Notes: generated from the sequence alone by a model not told the origin. Shown: positions 17,547-28,192, numbered from the stretch's first letter. The stretch is DNA of 64,000 nucleotides from a virus (IMGVR_UViG_3300028833_000054:182482-246481), one strand, 5' to 3'. Program-made: numbers and translations.

Positions 17547-20500
17547 ATGAGCCAATTCAATTATACTAACTTGCATTTCTTTGATAAGCATGGAATAGAA
17601 CTTCCAATAACTTACAGCTCAAATTACATCGCAGAAATAATAAATGAAAGCGGTGATAATGCTGTATTCTATGGTTTGAAGGACTGTTCTACCGGAGAAT
17701 TTGAATTCATAAAGAAAAAAGCAGGAAATCGTTTTTCAGATAAAAGTGAAGAGGTTTGCCATTTAACAGTAGGAAACACTACATATGAAACTACTGCAAC
17801 CGTTGTCAAAGAAGATACTCCTGCATTTATTGGAGGAGAACAAACTACAGTAAAATATGTAAATGAAATTTCAGATATTGTTGTAAGTGATGATATTCAA
17901 GCAAAGATAGATGCTCTTCCTTTTCCTACTATAACTTTATCAAGTTCATTGTCTCTTCCTCCTGTATCTGTAGATTTGGTAGAGACACAATCAATTTATG
18001 TATTATGTGAATACAATAATGCTTTTGCAAAATTAGCAGAAGTTACAGGTGAAGATATTATTGATTTCAAAAATCATTATAAGATTCTTTTTTATCTTGA
18101 CAATAGAAGCCAAAAGGATTTCAGATTTTTCAGTGTAGATAATTCTGAATTGAAGTGGTCTGACAGAGCTATATTAAATTTCAACAAAGGAGATTTCAAA
18201 GTAAATATTGGTTTCTGTGGAGCAGAAGAAGGAATATATGAACAGATAATGTATGTTTGTATCCTTAAAGATTATAAAGAGTCTGACCCAACTTCTGGTG
18301 AAATTTATCCTATTGGTTCTATCAAATTAGAAGCAGAAGCAATAGGAGAAGATGAAAGATATAGAACATTATTCTCAAACTTCGGTATTCCAGACCCTAT
18401 CCATTATCAAGAAGTTTTTGCAAATACTTCTCTTGATGAGGGAAAAATGGACTACATGAAGCTTAACGAGAATTCTAAGAAATTATTCTTATCATATTCT
18501 GAAATATTCTCTTACATTGGTTCTTATAAAGCATTGATGAATGCAGTCAATGTGTTAGGTTATCATGATATTTTCTTCAAAGAATGGTATAAAGAAACTG
18601 GAAAAAATATAGTTTCAAAGGGTTATGTTACATATGATATGAGTTATAAATCAGATGCAAATGCTAACATAATTGACAATATTCCAATTGAAGAAAGAAT
18701 ATCATTGAAGAAGCTAAATTGGCTTTCAATGGTTTATAGAATAAACAAAGAGTTGTTAGATGAAGCAGAAGACCAATGGGGTTTCCCACAAATCATTGAA
18801 ATATATGACTATAACAATGAAGAGATAATAACAAAATTGTATAGTTTAAAGAAATGGTTGGAGAAATATATCATTGGATTAAACTGCAAAATCATTGATG
18901 TTTCAGGCGAAGGAATATATTTTGAGAGATATAAGCTTGATACTTACGGAATGTATCAGCAAGTGTTTGATTGGAACAACTCAAACAATCTTATTCCTAC
19001 TGTTGTAACTTCAGATGAAAATGGTCCTCTTGATTATTATCTTATTGACTCATCTGCATATTTGAATGTAGATATTGGACTATACAATGCTGCAACAATT
19101 GAAGATTATAAAAACTATACATTAGAGCAGTTCTGTGATGGTTATATTGGTACTGATAATATATATCATCAGAGAATGCCTGATGATGAGGAGGCCGCTT
19201 CTGTATATGTTGGAAGAACATTTGAATGCCTTAACAGATTTGAAGATTATGAATTGAAAGCAACATCATACGGTGAAGATTTCTTATTTGGAAAAGAATA
19301 TCTTGCAAAAGATAGTGCAGGAATTAGAATCCATGACAATGAAATCTATTTCAATCCATTTGAACTTCTTGAAAAAGAGCAACAAGCTGCATTTACTCTT
19401 CTTCCATTCATTCAACTTGAAAAGGCAAATATAAGAAAGAAAGAGACTAATTGGAACAATTCAGTAAAATACAGAATTAATCCTGAATTGACTGATGATT
19501 CATTAGAATCATATACAATAAAGAATTTGGAAACAGGAGATACATATTCAAGCACTGATTATATCATGCTTATTCCTCCTACATATTCTGAAATGGATGA
19601 TGTTGTCACAATAACTAGTTTCTCTGGGACAGAAATAGAAAAAGATGTGTATTATGTTCCAGAATTTCAAGAAGATGACTCTTCACTTTCAACAATAGTC
19701 AAGCACAATCAAACTATTAGAACATACGGTTTAAGATATTCAGCAATCAATAAGATGAATATGCCATTATTCTCTATTGCTGGATATGAAGTTGATGGAA
19801 AATCTGATTTCATTGATTTGCAAGAAGAATATTACATTGAAATCCTTGATGGAAAAATGTTGTTCAATGATGTTGAACATGATAGAAAAATATTCTTGAA
19901 TTTCAATTTTGATAAAGAAACAAATGAACAAGAAGTAAAGATAAGCATTATCTATACATCTGACAATTTCAAAATTGAATCATATGAAGATGAAGACTAT
20001 ATTCCTGCATTTATTCCTGGAAATGAATATTCTACATTTGTTGATAATTATGAAAATGATATAGACAATGCAATAATATATGACAATGTTCATTCTATAA
20101 AAGTAATGAACACCGGAGAATTCACTATAGATGTATATGCAAAAGATTTGCAAAACAATATATTTGCAAAGAATTGCGAAAATACAGTAAATGTATATCT
20201 TCCTAATTTCTCAATAAGCACTTATACGAATTCAAGCAATTCCGGTGAAGAACATAATTCAATTGCAGAATATATTTCAGAAGAAGAAAGAACATTCTTG
20301 AGAGATAACTATACAGATTTCTGTATTTACAACAATGCTTATATGATTAATGGATTTGTTAAAACAATTAATGACAGTAACAAAGAATTATCAATACAAT
20401 ATCCATCTTATAGTTATAGTATGCATAACCCAAAGGGTGGTGATTACTTGCATTTCATGAATATATCAGACAGATATTATACAGATGCTGTAGAATTTGA

Positions 20501-23500
20501 AGTAAACTCTACTCTTGATAAGACATACACAGGATATTTTATGGTCCTCGAAAAGAATGGTATCAATGCTTATACGAGAGTTATTGAAGAAAGTGATTCT
20601 CCTGCTTTGCTTGCAATAAGTAATGATATTATAACAGATGAAGTATATTCTGCTGCATCTTATATGTCTGCATTGTATAGTGCTGATAGTAATTTAGATT
20701 ATACAGATGTAAATTTAATATTGTATAACAATCTTGGAAATTATCCTATAATGCAAACATATGCATCTATGGTTAATGCAAATGCTATTCCTTACAGTGA
20801 TATCATTGAAGGATATACAGATGGAAAATATCGTTTGCTTATAGGTGAATATTCAGAACGTTCTTATATCTGGGCTTCACTTCTTGAACATATTGAACAA
20901 GATATTCCAAAGATTATAAATCATTATATTGATGATGCATCAAGTGAGATGATTATTATTCCTGATGATTCATCTTTCAATGATGATGAAGAAGAGTCAC
21001 AAGAAGATGAAGTTGTAATAGAAGAACCAACAGAAGAAGATGTTATCAATGACTGGTATTATATAGAACCACAACCTAGTGATTTTCTTGATGTTGTAGT
21101 AGATTTTGTTGAAAATCTTAAAACTGTAAATATAACAGTTCCTGCAAGTAAAATAGAAGAAGAGGAATTAGAAAATACTCTTGCTGATTTCAAAGAATCA
21201 TTAGAGAATATAATTGATTCTTCTGCAGAATTATATACTTATGAAGATGAAACTTTGTTTGATACTTCAACAGAAGTAATTGATTATATCAAATCTAAAG
21301 TAAATGATTTGTATTATACTATAGGAGATGTTTCTTCTAATTTGTATGTAGATACTAAATCATGTGTATGTTTGAACAATTATGAAACATATGATGTATT
21401 GATGAATATCTATCTCAAAAATATTTTGATAAATGAAGATGATACTGATACTTATGGAATAAAATACATATTAGGAGAACATAATGATTTGTATTCTGGT
21501 ACAGTAGGAGAACAAATATATGCAAAATATAAAGAAGATACAAATCTTGCTATGATGATGTCAAATGCAAAGATAACAGATGATATAATAAAGCAAGTTT
21601 GTTCATCTATTACAAATGCATTAAAAGTCAGAGGAAACAATATAGCAGAAATGCATAGAACATTTATAGAAGATTTTTATTCTAATTATGGAAATATAAC
21701 ATCTGCTTTTACCTCTGCTGTTGAAGTAGAATATTATGAAGAAGATGAGCTTACATCAGCATATTCAATTCTTTTTGAATCTGGTACAAGTAAAAATGAG
21801 TTGAGAAGCTCTGCACAAAAGATAATACTTCATACATTGGAAAGATTAGAAACTTATCCAGATGAAGATATTATACAATTGCAGTCATTTATTCCTCAAT
21901 ATTCTAAAATCTTGTTTGCAATATGTGTTTACATAGCTGATTGTACATTCTACAATATGCAAGATATTGTCGACTACAAAGATACTGCACTTAATTGTCT
22001 TTATGCTGAATATTTAGGAACTTATAGAGATGATGTGATTGTATTGTCATATGAAAATACATTAAAGGTTGCAGGAGGATTATACAATACATTCTTTACA
22101 GATAACGGAAAATTAGATGTAAATTCTGCATTGATTGAAGAATATGATATGACTAATGCAAGTGAATTTAAATTGTATGAAAAAATATTGTATAATTTAA
22201 CATCTCTTACTGCTAAGTTCTTGTCTGATAAATGGGTAACAAAGAACAATCCTAAGAATGAGTATGATGTCCTATATGCAGTTGCAGGAATTATTGCAAG
22301 TGAAGAAGAGGAAGAAACAGAAAATTCTGAATCTAATGAGGAGGAAACCTTTGTAGACAATCCTACTCCTGTATCTGAAAACGAAGAAGAGTCTGAAGAT
22401 GAAGAGACAGCATCATTGTACTACGTAAAGCCAAAAGGAAATGTATATGAAGGTCTATTATATACAAATCCTGTAAATACTGTTACTGCTTCAGGAAGAC
22501 CTATCAGCAAGGTAAACAACAAAAATGTTCTTCCTGATATTACAGCATTAATTCAAAAGCCTTACGTATCAGTATATATTCAGCCTACATGGAAAGCACA
22601 AGTAAGTATATCATTGATAACTCCTGAAAATGCTATTAAACTTGGATTTATACAAAATGAAGATGAATATGAAGAGATTGAAAACAAATATCTTTGTATA
22701 ATGTATTCTAATTCAGATTTCATGTGGCACTTCAGAAAAGGTGAAATGATTAAACTTATATTTGAATCTTTGACAAACAAAGAATATATTGGTCAATCAT
22801 CTTATGAAGTTGTTGGATATGATACTGAAGAACAAGTTGTAATAGTTAAAGGTGCTATCAATGCTGCATATGCTAGAAAAGAGAAACGTGAAGTTTGGGC
22901 AGAATTGCTTATCGATGACCCTAAATTCCCCCAAGCAGATATTGATAAATTGAAGGAATTTGCTAATGCTACAAATGTAGATGAAAGAAAGGTAGAACCA
23001 TTGATAAGAACATATAGATATATGATAGGAAATGATTCTCCTGCAGAAACTACTTACCGCTTGCCTATTAAGAAGTTAAATGGTACTTGGTATTATAAAG
23101 TATTCTATTTCGTCAATGGTATTCCTAGACCAATTGAAACTGTTAAAATTGACCCTCAAGAAAAGGTTAATATGTATATAAGTTATGCTCACAATGCATT
23201 TGTTGATTATACTATGACTGCTAACAAGTCAAAAGAAAACAGTAATGGAACTACTGATTTGTCAATTGATTACAACATATTGAACTGCAGAAAAATGCAA
23301 TTTATAGATGATACCTTTGTAGTATATGCTAAAGAATTTGACATCAATGAAGGCCTTGCAGCATGGATGAACAGTACAGTTCTTGATGAGCAAACAGTAG
23401 GAGAAATCTCAAAGAAGACTATTTACAAATATCGCTCTGAGAACGGATTTGTTCCTATCAAGATTTCTCCAGATTCTCCAAATGTTGCATTTACAGTAAA

Positions 23501-23726
23501 CTTTGAAGATATGGGTATTGATTTTGAAGAATCATATGTACAGTGGAAAGTTTACAGAAAACTTCCAACTAATAATGAAAGAGAATACATGTTTGAGTCA
23601 TTCAATAAAGTATTGTATTTAGATTATGTAGAGCCAGGAATATATGATATTGAGGCAAATGTATTTGATAAATACGGAAACACAGCAACAAAAGTATTCA
23701 AAGGTGCATATAAAGTAACAATTTAA
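17547..23726 (+). CDS. Giant acidic protein (2059 aa), function unknown; possible virion-associated or host-interaction protein
   Basis: Uninterrupted 6.2-kb ORF. D/E/Y/N/I-rich, with poly-acidic tracts (EEEEETENSESNEEE, DDEEESQEDE). No polymerase-type DxDGD or other catalytic motif seen. Confidence 0.6.
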   Translation: MSQFNYTNLHFFDKHGIELPITYSSNYIAEIINESGDNAVFYGLKDCSTGEFEFIKKKAGNRFSDKSEEVCHLTVGNTTYETTATVVKEDTPAFIGGEQTTVKYVNEISDIVVSDDIQAKIDALPFPTITLSSSLSLPPVSVDLVETQSIYVLCEYNNAFAKLAEVTGEDIIDFKNHYKILFYLDNRSQKDFRFFSVDNSELKWSDRAILNFNKGDFKVNIGFCGAEEGIYEQIMYVCILKDYKESDPTSGEIYPIGSIKLEAEAIGEDERYRTLFSNFGIPDPIHYQEVFANTSLDEGKMDYMKLNENSKKLFLSYSEIFSYIGSYKALMNAVNVLGYHDIFFKEWYKETGKNIVSKGYVTYDMSYKSDANANIIDNIPIEERISLKKLNWLSMVYRINKELLDEAEDQWGFPQIIEIYDYNNEEIITKLYSLKKWLEKYIIGLNCKIIDVSGEGIYFERYKLDTYGMYQQVFDWNNSNNLIPTVVTSDENGPLDYYLIDSSAYLNVDIGLYNAATIEDYKNYTLEQFCDGYIGTDNIYHQRMPDDEEAASVYVGRTFECLNRFEDYELKATSYGEDFLFGKEYLAKDSAGIRIHDNEIYFNPFELLEKEQQAAFTLLPFIQLEKANIRKKETNWNNSVKYRINPELTDDSLESYTIKNLETGDTYSSTDYIMLIPPTYSEMDDVVTITSFSGTEIEKDVYYVPEFQEDDSSLSTIVKHNQTIRTYGLRYSAINKMNMPLFSIAGYEVDGKSDFIDLQEEYYIEILDGKMLFNDVEHDRKIFLNFNFDKETNEQEVKISIIYTSDNFKIESYEDEDYIPAFIPGNEYSTFVDNYENDIDNAIIYDNVHSIKVMNTGEFTIDVYAKDLQNNIFAKNCENTVNVYLPNFSISTYTNSSNSGEEHNSIAEYISEEERTFLRDNYTDFCIYNNAYMINGFVKTINDSNKELSIQYPSYSYSMHNPKGGDYLHFMNISDRYYTDAVEFEVNSTLDKTYTGYFMVLEKNGINAYTRVIEESDSPALLAISNDIITDEVYSAASYMSALYSADSNLDYTDVNLILYNNLGNYPIMQTYASMVNANAIPYSDIIEGYTDGKYRLLIGEYSERSYIWASLLEHIEQDIPKIINHYIDDASSEMIIIPDDSSFNDDEEESQEDEVVIEEPTEEDVINDWYYIEPQPSDFLDVVVDFVENLKTVNITVPASKIEEEELENTLADFKESLENIIDSSAELYTYEDETLFDTSTEVIDYIKSKVNDLYYTIGDVSSNLYVDTKSCVCLNNYETYDVLMNIYLKNILINEDDTDTYGIKYILGEHNDLYSGTVGEQIYAKYKEDTNLAMMMSNAKITDDIIKQVCSSITNALKVRGNNIAEMHRTFIEDFYSNYGNITSAFTSAVEVEYYEEDELTSAYSILFESGTSKNELRSSAQKIILHTLERLETYPDEDIIQLQSFIPQYSKILFAICVYIADCTFYNMQDIVDYKDTALNCLYAEYLGTYRDDVIVLSYENTLKVAGGLYNTFFTDNGKLDVNSALIEEYDMTNASEFKLYEKILYNLTSLTAKFLSDKWVTKNNPKNEYDVLYAVAGIIASEEEEETENSESNEEETFVDNPTPVSENEEESEDEETASLYYVKPKGNVYEGLLYTNPVNTVTASGRPISKVNNKNVLPDITALIQKPYVSVYIQPTWKAQVSISLITPENAIKLGFIQNEDEYEEIENKYLCIMYSNSDFMWHFRKGEMIKLIFESLTNKEYIGQSSYEVVGYDTEEQVVIVKGAINAAYARKEKREVWAELLIDDPKFPQADIDKLKEFANATNVDERKVEPLIRTYRYMIGNDSPAETTYRLPIKKLNGTWYYKVFYFVNGIPRPIETVKIDPQEKVNMYISYAHNAFVDYTMTANKSKENSNGTTDLSIDYNILNCRKMQFIDDTFVVYAKEFDINEGLAAWMNSTVLDEQTVGEISKKTIYKYRSENGFVPIKISPDSPNVAFTVNFEDMGIDFEESYVQWKVYRKLPTNNEREYMFESFNKVLYLDYVEPGIYDIEANVFDKYGNTATKVFKGAYKVTI

Positions 23727-23761
23727 AAGTAGATAAATATTTAAAGAAAATTTGATTAAAC

Positions 23762-24103
23762 ATGAGCTATCGTTCTGGTTATACTGGACCACAAGTAAGT
23801 AAAGCCGTTAAATATATGACACATCCTAATGTTGGAACTGTGTTAACATTTGATACATCTGCAAATTTTCCTCCTAGAACAGGCGGAGATGATGCATTAG
23901 ATGGTCCTTATTTTGGTGGAAATGCTGAGAAGTTCTTATTTGTTGATGCAGCAAACAATATGATGTATAGATGGAGACACCTTACCCAAGAACAGTGGTT
24001 AGAAACACACGACAATTTAGATGATTATCCTGAAGACGGATATTCTTATGTACTTTGTTCTGGTGCTGGTTCTGGAGATTTAGTTTGGACTCCACTTGAA
24101 TAA
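23762..24103 (+). CDS. Hypothetical protein
   Basis: 113-aa ORF, followed by a hairpin terminator. Confidence 0.4.
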   Translation: MSYRSGYTGPQVSKAVKYMTHPNVGTVLTFDTSANFPPRTGGDDALDGPYFGGNAEKFLFVDAANNMMYRWRHLTQEQWLETHDNLDDYPEDGYSYVLCSGAGSGDLVWTPLE

Positions 24104-24107
24104 AAAA

Positions 24108-24134
24108 GAGGGATTGCAATTGCAATCCCTTTTA
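24108..24134 (+). terminator. Rho-independent terminator-like hairpin
   Basis: agggattgca/tgcaatccct stem followed by tttaattt. Ends the plus-strand block. Confidence 0.55.
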
Positions 24135-24419
24135 ATTTATCAAATAAAGCAAACACAACAAATAATGCAGTATTTGATCTTGTGCGTAAGTAAGTTTATG
24201 ATATCTTGCCTTTAATGCATCAATTGGAAAATGCGCAATAGTTATTACTCCTAATTGCCAACACCACCCAAATATAAGATAAAAAGGAAGACCATAAAGA
24301 ATACAGTGGATAAACAAATGATACCAATTGTTTCCTTTAGTTTCTGCCAAAAATGGAGTCTGAAGTAAATAATCTCCAATCAAATGACAGATAAGCAGTT
24401 TAACAAATATTTCTATCAT
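24132..24419 (-). CDS. Small integral membrane protein
   Basis: 95-aa ORF with two to three hydrophobic helices. Confidence 0.4.
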   Translation of the reverse strand: MIEIFVKLLICHLIGDYLLQTPFLAETKGNNWYHLFIHCILYGLPFYLIFGWCWQLGVITIAHFPIDALKARYHKLTYAQDQILHYLLCLLYLIN

Positions 24420-24639
24420 ATTCCATTATTAAATCTTTCAATTCTCTAAGCGCATTTACAGAAAGAACTTCTGACCAATTTCCGTGTACAAATCTAATAC
24501 CTCCGTTATATCTCGTATTGTATCTACTCCATACAGCTGCAATCTCATTAATATTGATTACAATTGTATCTTCAGGTTCGAAATTATCTACAATTTCAAC
24601 CCAAGGCCAATTAACTCTTTTTATATACTTGTACTCCAT
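24400..24639 (-). CDS. Hypothetical protein
   Basis: 79-aa ORF. Confidence 0.35.
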   Translation of the reverse strand: MEYKYIKRVNWPWVEIVDNFEPEDTIVININEIAAVWSRYNTRYNGGIRFVHGNWSEVLSVNALRELKDLIMEYDRNIC

Positions 24640-24640
24640 A

Positions 24641-25297
24641 TTAAATTATAGTTTCTTGTTTATTATAAACATTCTGCATATATTGTGCAAGTGAAATATC
24701 ACCTGCTTTGTGAAGCATATATTCATATATCTCATCAAATGAGAGAATCTTCATGTATCCAAGTTTTGCATCAACTCCAACATCTACTCTTAAATCAGGA
24801 GACTGTTCATTGAACTCATCCATAGAACCATGAACATGACCGTGAAGCATGATGCTTCCTCTTCCCTTTTGAGGCCAAGACAATGCAGGATAGTGAGACA
24901 TATAAATCAATTGGTCAGTTCCGTTAATCTTGCTTTTGCAGCGGATAAAATCTGCTCTTTCACAAGAGTGAAAACAACCGAAGTTAGAGCCAGTCTTTCC
25001 ATCTGCAGTCTTCTCCTTGTCGTGGTTTCCAAGAACAATACAAATTTTGCCATGAAGCTCTTTGTTCATTGACTTCAAGCGTTCAGCATTGGAACCCCAA
25101 AGAACATCACCAAGAATAAACACATAATCATCTGGACCAACCTTTGAGTTCCAGTCCTTCTTAAAATGCTCCCACATCTCATCACAATTTTCAAATGGAC
25201 GTTTGTTCATCCATAAGATATTGTCATGATAAAGATGCAAATCTGCAGTAAAGAAGACTTTGTGTTTATCAAGGTCTATTTCAGTGTTCCACTTCAT
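24641..25297 (-). CDS. Metallophosphoesterase (MPP superfamily)
   Basis: FFTADLHLYHD, ILGDVLWG, LGNHDKE and LHGHVHG are the metal-ligand motifs of calcineurin-like phosphoesterases. Confidence 0.65.
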   Translation of the reverse strand: MKWNTEIDLDKHKVFFTADLHLYHDNILWMNKRPFENCDEMWEHFKKDWNSKVGPDDYVFILGDVLWGSNAERLKSMNKELHGKICIVLGNHDKEKTADGKTGSNFGCFHSCERADFIRCKSKINGTDQLIYMSHYPALSWPQKGRGSIMLHGHVHGSMDEFNEQSPDLRVDVGVDAKLGYMKILSFDEIYEYMLHKAGDISLAQYMQNVYNKQETII

Positions 25298-25300
25298 ATA

Positions 25301-25747
25301 TTATTCTTTAATTTTTACAGGTACAAAAACATCATAACCACTTCCGTCATCATCTTGAAAATGATTGATGTCTTCATCATAAGTATATCCGAACTTAGTT
25401 CGCTTGTAAACAAACTTTTTACCGTTCCATACTGCTTCTGATGCATTTCTACATGTGCCAAAATATGTTTTTCCTTCAATCAGTTTATCCTTTGGAATTG
25501 CACCACAACGGATAAAGTTAGGAATTACATATTTTTCATACAGCTCTTTGTCAAGAACTGGTGGCTCTGGAATGCTATCCAAATTATCAACGTCGAACGG
25601 TTCCATTTCTTCCATCCACTTGATGATTCTTGGAACTCTTTCCTCTCGTTGCTTTTTCAATTTTTCTATTATATCTTCTTTCATATACTTAAATATATGA
25701 ATTTTTCTTAATATTAAAAAAGGAGATTGTTCAATCTCCTCTTTCAA
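25301..25747 (-). CDS. Hypothetical protein
   Basis: 148-aa ORF. Confidence 0.4.
   Translation of the reverse strand: MKEEIEQSPFLILRKIHIFKYMKEDIIEKLKKQREERVPRIIKWMEEMEPFDVDNLDSIPEPPVLDKELYEKYVIPNFIRCGAIPKDKLIEGKTYFGTCRNASEAVWNGKKFVYKRTKFGYTYDEDINHFQDDDGSGYDVFVPVKIKE
25714..25743 (-). terminator. Terminator-like hairpin
   Basis: aggagattg/caatctcct 9-bp stem with a 2-nt loop, flanked by an A-run, just below the 25748 stop. Confidence 0.45.
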
Positions 25748-26389
25748 TTATTCTGCGGCAGGTTCTGCAGTTTCAGCAGAATTATCCTGTGCTGCAGCTT
25801 CATCTGTAAATACAAGAAAATAACCCTGAGCAAGCATTCCCCAGCGCTGCTTCAAACGCTCACACATCTTAGCTTCTTTGTTGTACCATTCAACATGGTC
25901 ACGGAGAGTGTCATAAATAGGAACATACTCATCCCACATTTCAGCCATCTTCTTAGCAGCCTCAAGACCGAAACCTGCATAGTTTTCAAACATCAACATA
26001 CAGAACTGAAGAGGACCGTATTCCATAACAAGGTCTTTCTCTTCCTTTTCACACTCTGCAATAAACTTGTCAATATACTCTGCAAAGTTGATAACTCCAA
26101 CAAAGTATCTCTGAGCCCAGAAACCGTTCTCAATAAAATTCTTGATGAACTTTGCAACACGAAGAGCATTAGGCTTGTCAGCGACAAGATAATCATTCTT
26201 CTCCTGAAGAGCCTTAGTCCTGTCTTCAAACTCCTTCTTTGCTTGTGCTACCTCTTCTTCAGTAGGAACATGATTAGGGTCAATCCAAGACTCACCCATG
26301 TTATTAACATTGTACTCGCGAATAGCAGCCAATCTCTGTTCTGCTTGCTTTGCTACTTCATCAACTTCTTTAACTTTCTTTTTAGCCAT
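25748..26389 (-). CDS. Hypothetical protein (noticeably higher GC than neighbours)
   Basis: 213-aa ORF. Ala/Glu-rich termini. Confidence 0.45.
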   Translation of the reverse strand: MAKKKVKEVDEVAKQAEQRLAAIREYNVNNMGESWIDPNHVPTEEEVAQAKKEFEDRTKALQEKNDYLVADKPNALRVAKFIKNFIENGFWAQRYFVGVINFAEYIDKFIAECEKEEKDLVMEYGPLQFCMLMFENYAGFGLEAAKKMAEMWDEYVPIYDTLRDHVEWYNKEAKMCERLKQRWGMLAQGYFLVFTDEAAAQDNSAETAEPAAE

Positions 26390-26419
26390 ATAAATTCTTA
26401 TATTTGTTTGTATATTATA

Positions 26420-26647
26420 TTATAAAATCCTTTGTAAGTTTTTCCATTCTGAGAAATTACACTCACAATCCATATATAAATCCTTATCATTGTCAAAATT
26501 TTTAGGAAGAGCTGATACATCACAATATATCTTTCCTCTGTACATCAATGTTTTTCTTCCTGTAAGCTTTTGATAAGGAAATCTCTTGTATCCTTTTACA
26601 TAAATATCTCTATAGATTTTTATCCCAAAAAATGACATAATGCCCAA
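26420..26647 (-). CDS. Hypothetical small protein
   Basis: 75-aa ORF. Confidence 0.3.
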   Translation of the reverse strand: MGIMSFFGIKIYRDIYVKGYKRFPYQKLTGRKTLMYRGKIYCDVSALPKNFDNDKDLYMDCECNFSEWKNLQRIL

Positions 26648-27072
26648 ATTCCTCCACCAAGTAGTCCAAGTGTTACAAGAATATTGATAATTGCTTTGGT
26701 GAAAGTAAGTCTGTAACCACTAAAAACAAACAATACTCCAAATGACAATGAAGGATTTCCATCTTCATCTACAAAGTTTGAAATTTGAGGAGTAAGATAA
26801 TCACCCCAACCAAGTTCAGAACTAAGATATGTAACAATTGGGCTGAGTTTCATTTTAAGCATTGTTTCAGAATCATAATTTGCATTCATCAAATCTTCAT
26901 CTGAACAATCAATTTGAACATAAACAACATTTCCAAGCCAATTTTTCTGAAGCTTATATTTGTTGAATAGAGAATCTCTTCTCTGAATTTCTCTTTTTAT
27001 GTCCTTCTTAAATTTTCTAAAATTGGATAAGTCCTTGATGCATTGAACAAACCCTATTTCATAAATATCCAT
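26620..27072 (-). CDS. Hypothetical membrane-anchored protein (C-terminal TM helix)
   Basis: 150-aa ORF ending INILVTLGLLGGGIWALCHFLG. Confidence 0.35.
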   Translation of the reverse strand: MDIYEIGFVQCIKDLSNFRKFKKDIKREIQRRDSLFNKYKLQKNWLGNVVYVQIDCSDEDLMNANYDSETMLKMKLSPIVTYLSSELGWGDYLTPQISNFVDEDGNPSLSFGVLFVFSGYRLTFTKAIINILVTLGLLGGGIWALCHFLG

Positions 27073-27074
27073 AA

Positions 27075-27821
27075 TTAAGCACTTGCTCCTACTTCCATGT
27101 ACATATCATACAATGTAGGATAATTATTTTTTATTATACTTTGAAGTTCTGTCTTTCCTTTTCTAAGCCAGTTCTTCACACTTGATACAGGAATATTGTT
27201 ATCAAGAGCAATATCATCAATCTTCTTCTGATTGATAAGACGGTCATGCATAACAACTCTTAAATTATCAGGCAATCTGTCAATGCTCTTCAATGAAGCA
27301 TCATAGAATTCTGCAATAATTCTTTCCTTATCATATGCTTCATATGTTCCATTTGTATAAACGAGATTTACATCTCCAGAAACAGAATAAGATTCTGCAG
27401 CAGTATTCTGGTCAGCATCAGCTCCAATTGTTGAGTCATACAAATCACTAAAATCTACGCCAATCCTGTTTGAATACTTATCTTTTTCTTGGATATATTT
27501 CAATGCATTGTTTCTTGCAATTCTATACATCCATGTTGAAAATTGTGCAATCTTTGGGTCAAACTGGTCTCTTTTGAAATAAATGTTTTCAAGAGTCTTT
27601 GTAATGACCTCAGTTGTTGCATCATCGTCATTGACGATTTTGAAAATATAAGAACGAAGTCCCCAGTTAATTCTTTCACAAAGAAGACCAAAATTCTTGT
27701 CAGATGGGTCTTCAATGAATTGAACTGCTAATTTTTGAATACTCTTTTCCTTTTTAGGTTTTGCAACCTTTATTGCTTCTTTTGTGGTGAATAATTTCTC
27801 TGCTTTCGTCTTCTTACTCAT
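27075..27821 (-). CDS. Sigma-70-family RNA polymerase sigma factor (region 2 plus region 4)
   Basis: Region-2-like FSTWMYRIARNNALKYI and region-4 HTH LINQKKIDDIALDNNIPVSSVKNWLRKGKTEL. Confidence 0.6.
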   Translation of the reverse strand: MSKKTKAEKLFTTKEAIKVAKPKKEKSIQKLAVQFIEDPSDKNFGLLCERINWGLRSYIFKIVNDDDATTEVITKTLENIYFKRDQFDPKIAQFSTWMYRIARNNALKYIQEKDKYSNRIGVDFSDLYDSTIGADADQNTAAESYSVSGDVNLVYTNGTYEAYDKERIIAEFYDASLKSIDRLPDNLRVVMHDRLINQKKIDDIALDNNIPVSSVKNWLRKGKTELQSIIKNNYPTLYDMYMEVGASA

Positions 27822-27829
27822 AGTGAAAA

Positions 27830-28159
27830 TTATTTTTGTTCTTGCTTATTTTCAATTAATGTAAAATACTTTCCGAAGTTGTCTTTGTTAGAGATACTTC
27901 TCATCAACGGTTCAACATATTTATACGGCAAATTCCCAAGAGCTCTAATATATTCATTGAGAGCTGCGGCAGGAATTCCTTGTGGATACATATTTATTCC
28001 ATCAATGAAACGAGCTGCATCAGCATACGGAAGTTCTTTAAGAACAGTAGTCAAATCGTTCTTAAACAAGTCAGTAACATTGTAAGTTTTATCGTAAGAG
28101 AAAATTTGAGGAGTAGGCATATCAGAAGTACCTACATTTGCATTAGGATTATCTTGCAT
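27830..28159 (-). CDS. Hypothetical protein
   Basis: 109-aa ORF. Confidence 0.35.
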   Translation of the reverse strand: MQDNPNANVGTSDMPTPQIFSYDKTYNVTDLFKNDLTTVLKELPYADAARFIDGINMYPQGIPAAALNEYIRALGNLPYKYVEPLMRSISNKDNFGKYFTLIENKQEQK

Positions 28160-28192
28160 ATCGGTGATGATTTTTGATTTGATTATTTATTA

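Noticed and set aside
17547-23726. Idea that the 2059-aa protein is a crAss-like virion RNA polymerase and the contig a crAss-like phage
   Set aside because: No DxDGD or other RNAP catalytic motif was found by eye. The window carries T4-type hallmarks (gp43-like PolB motifs, UvsX, gp20-like portal, gp4, gp42-like hydroxymethylase, nrdD intron), not crAss-like ones.
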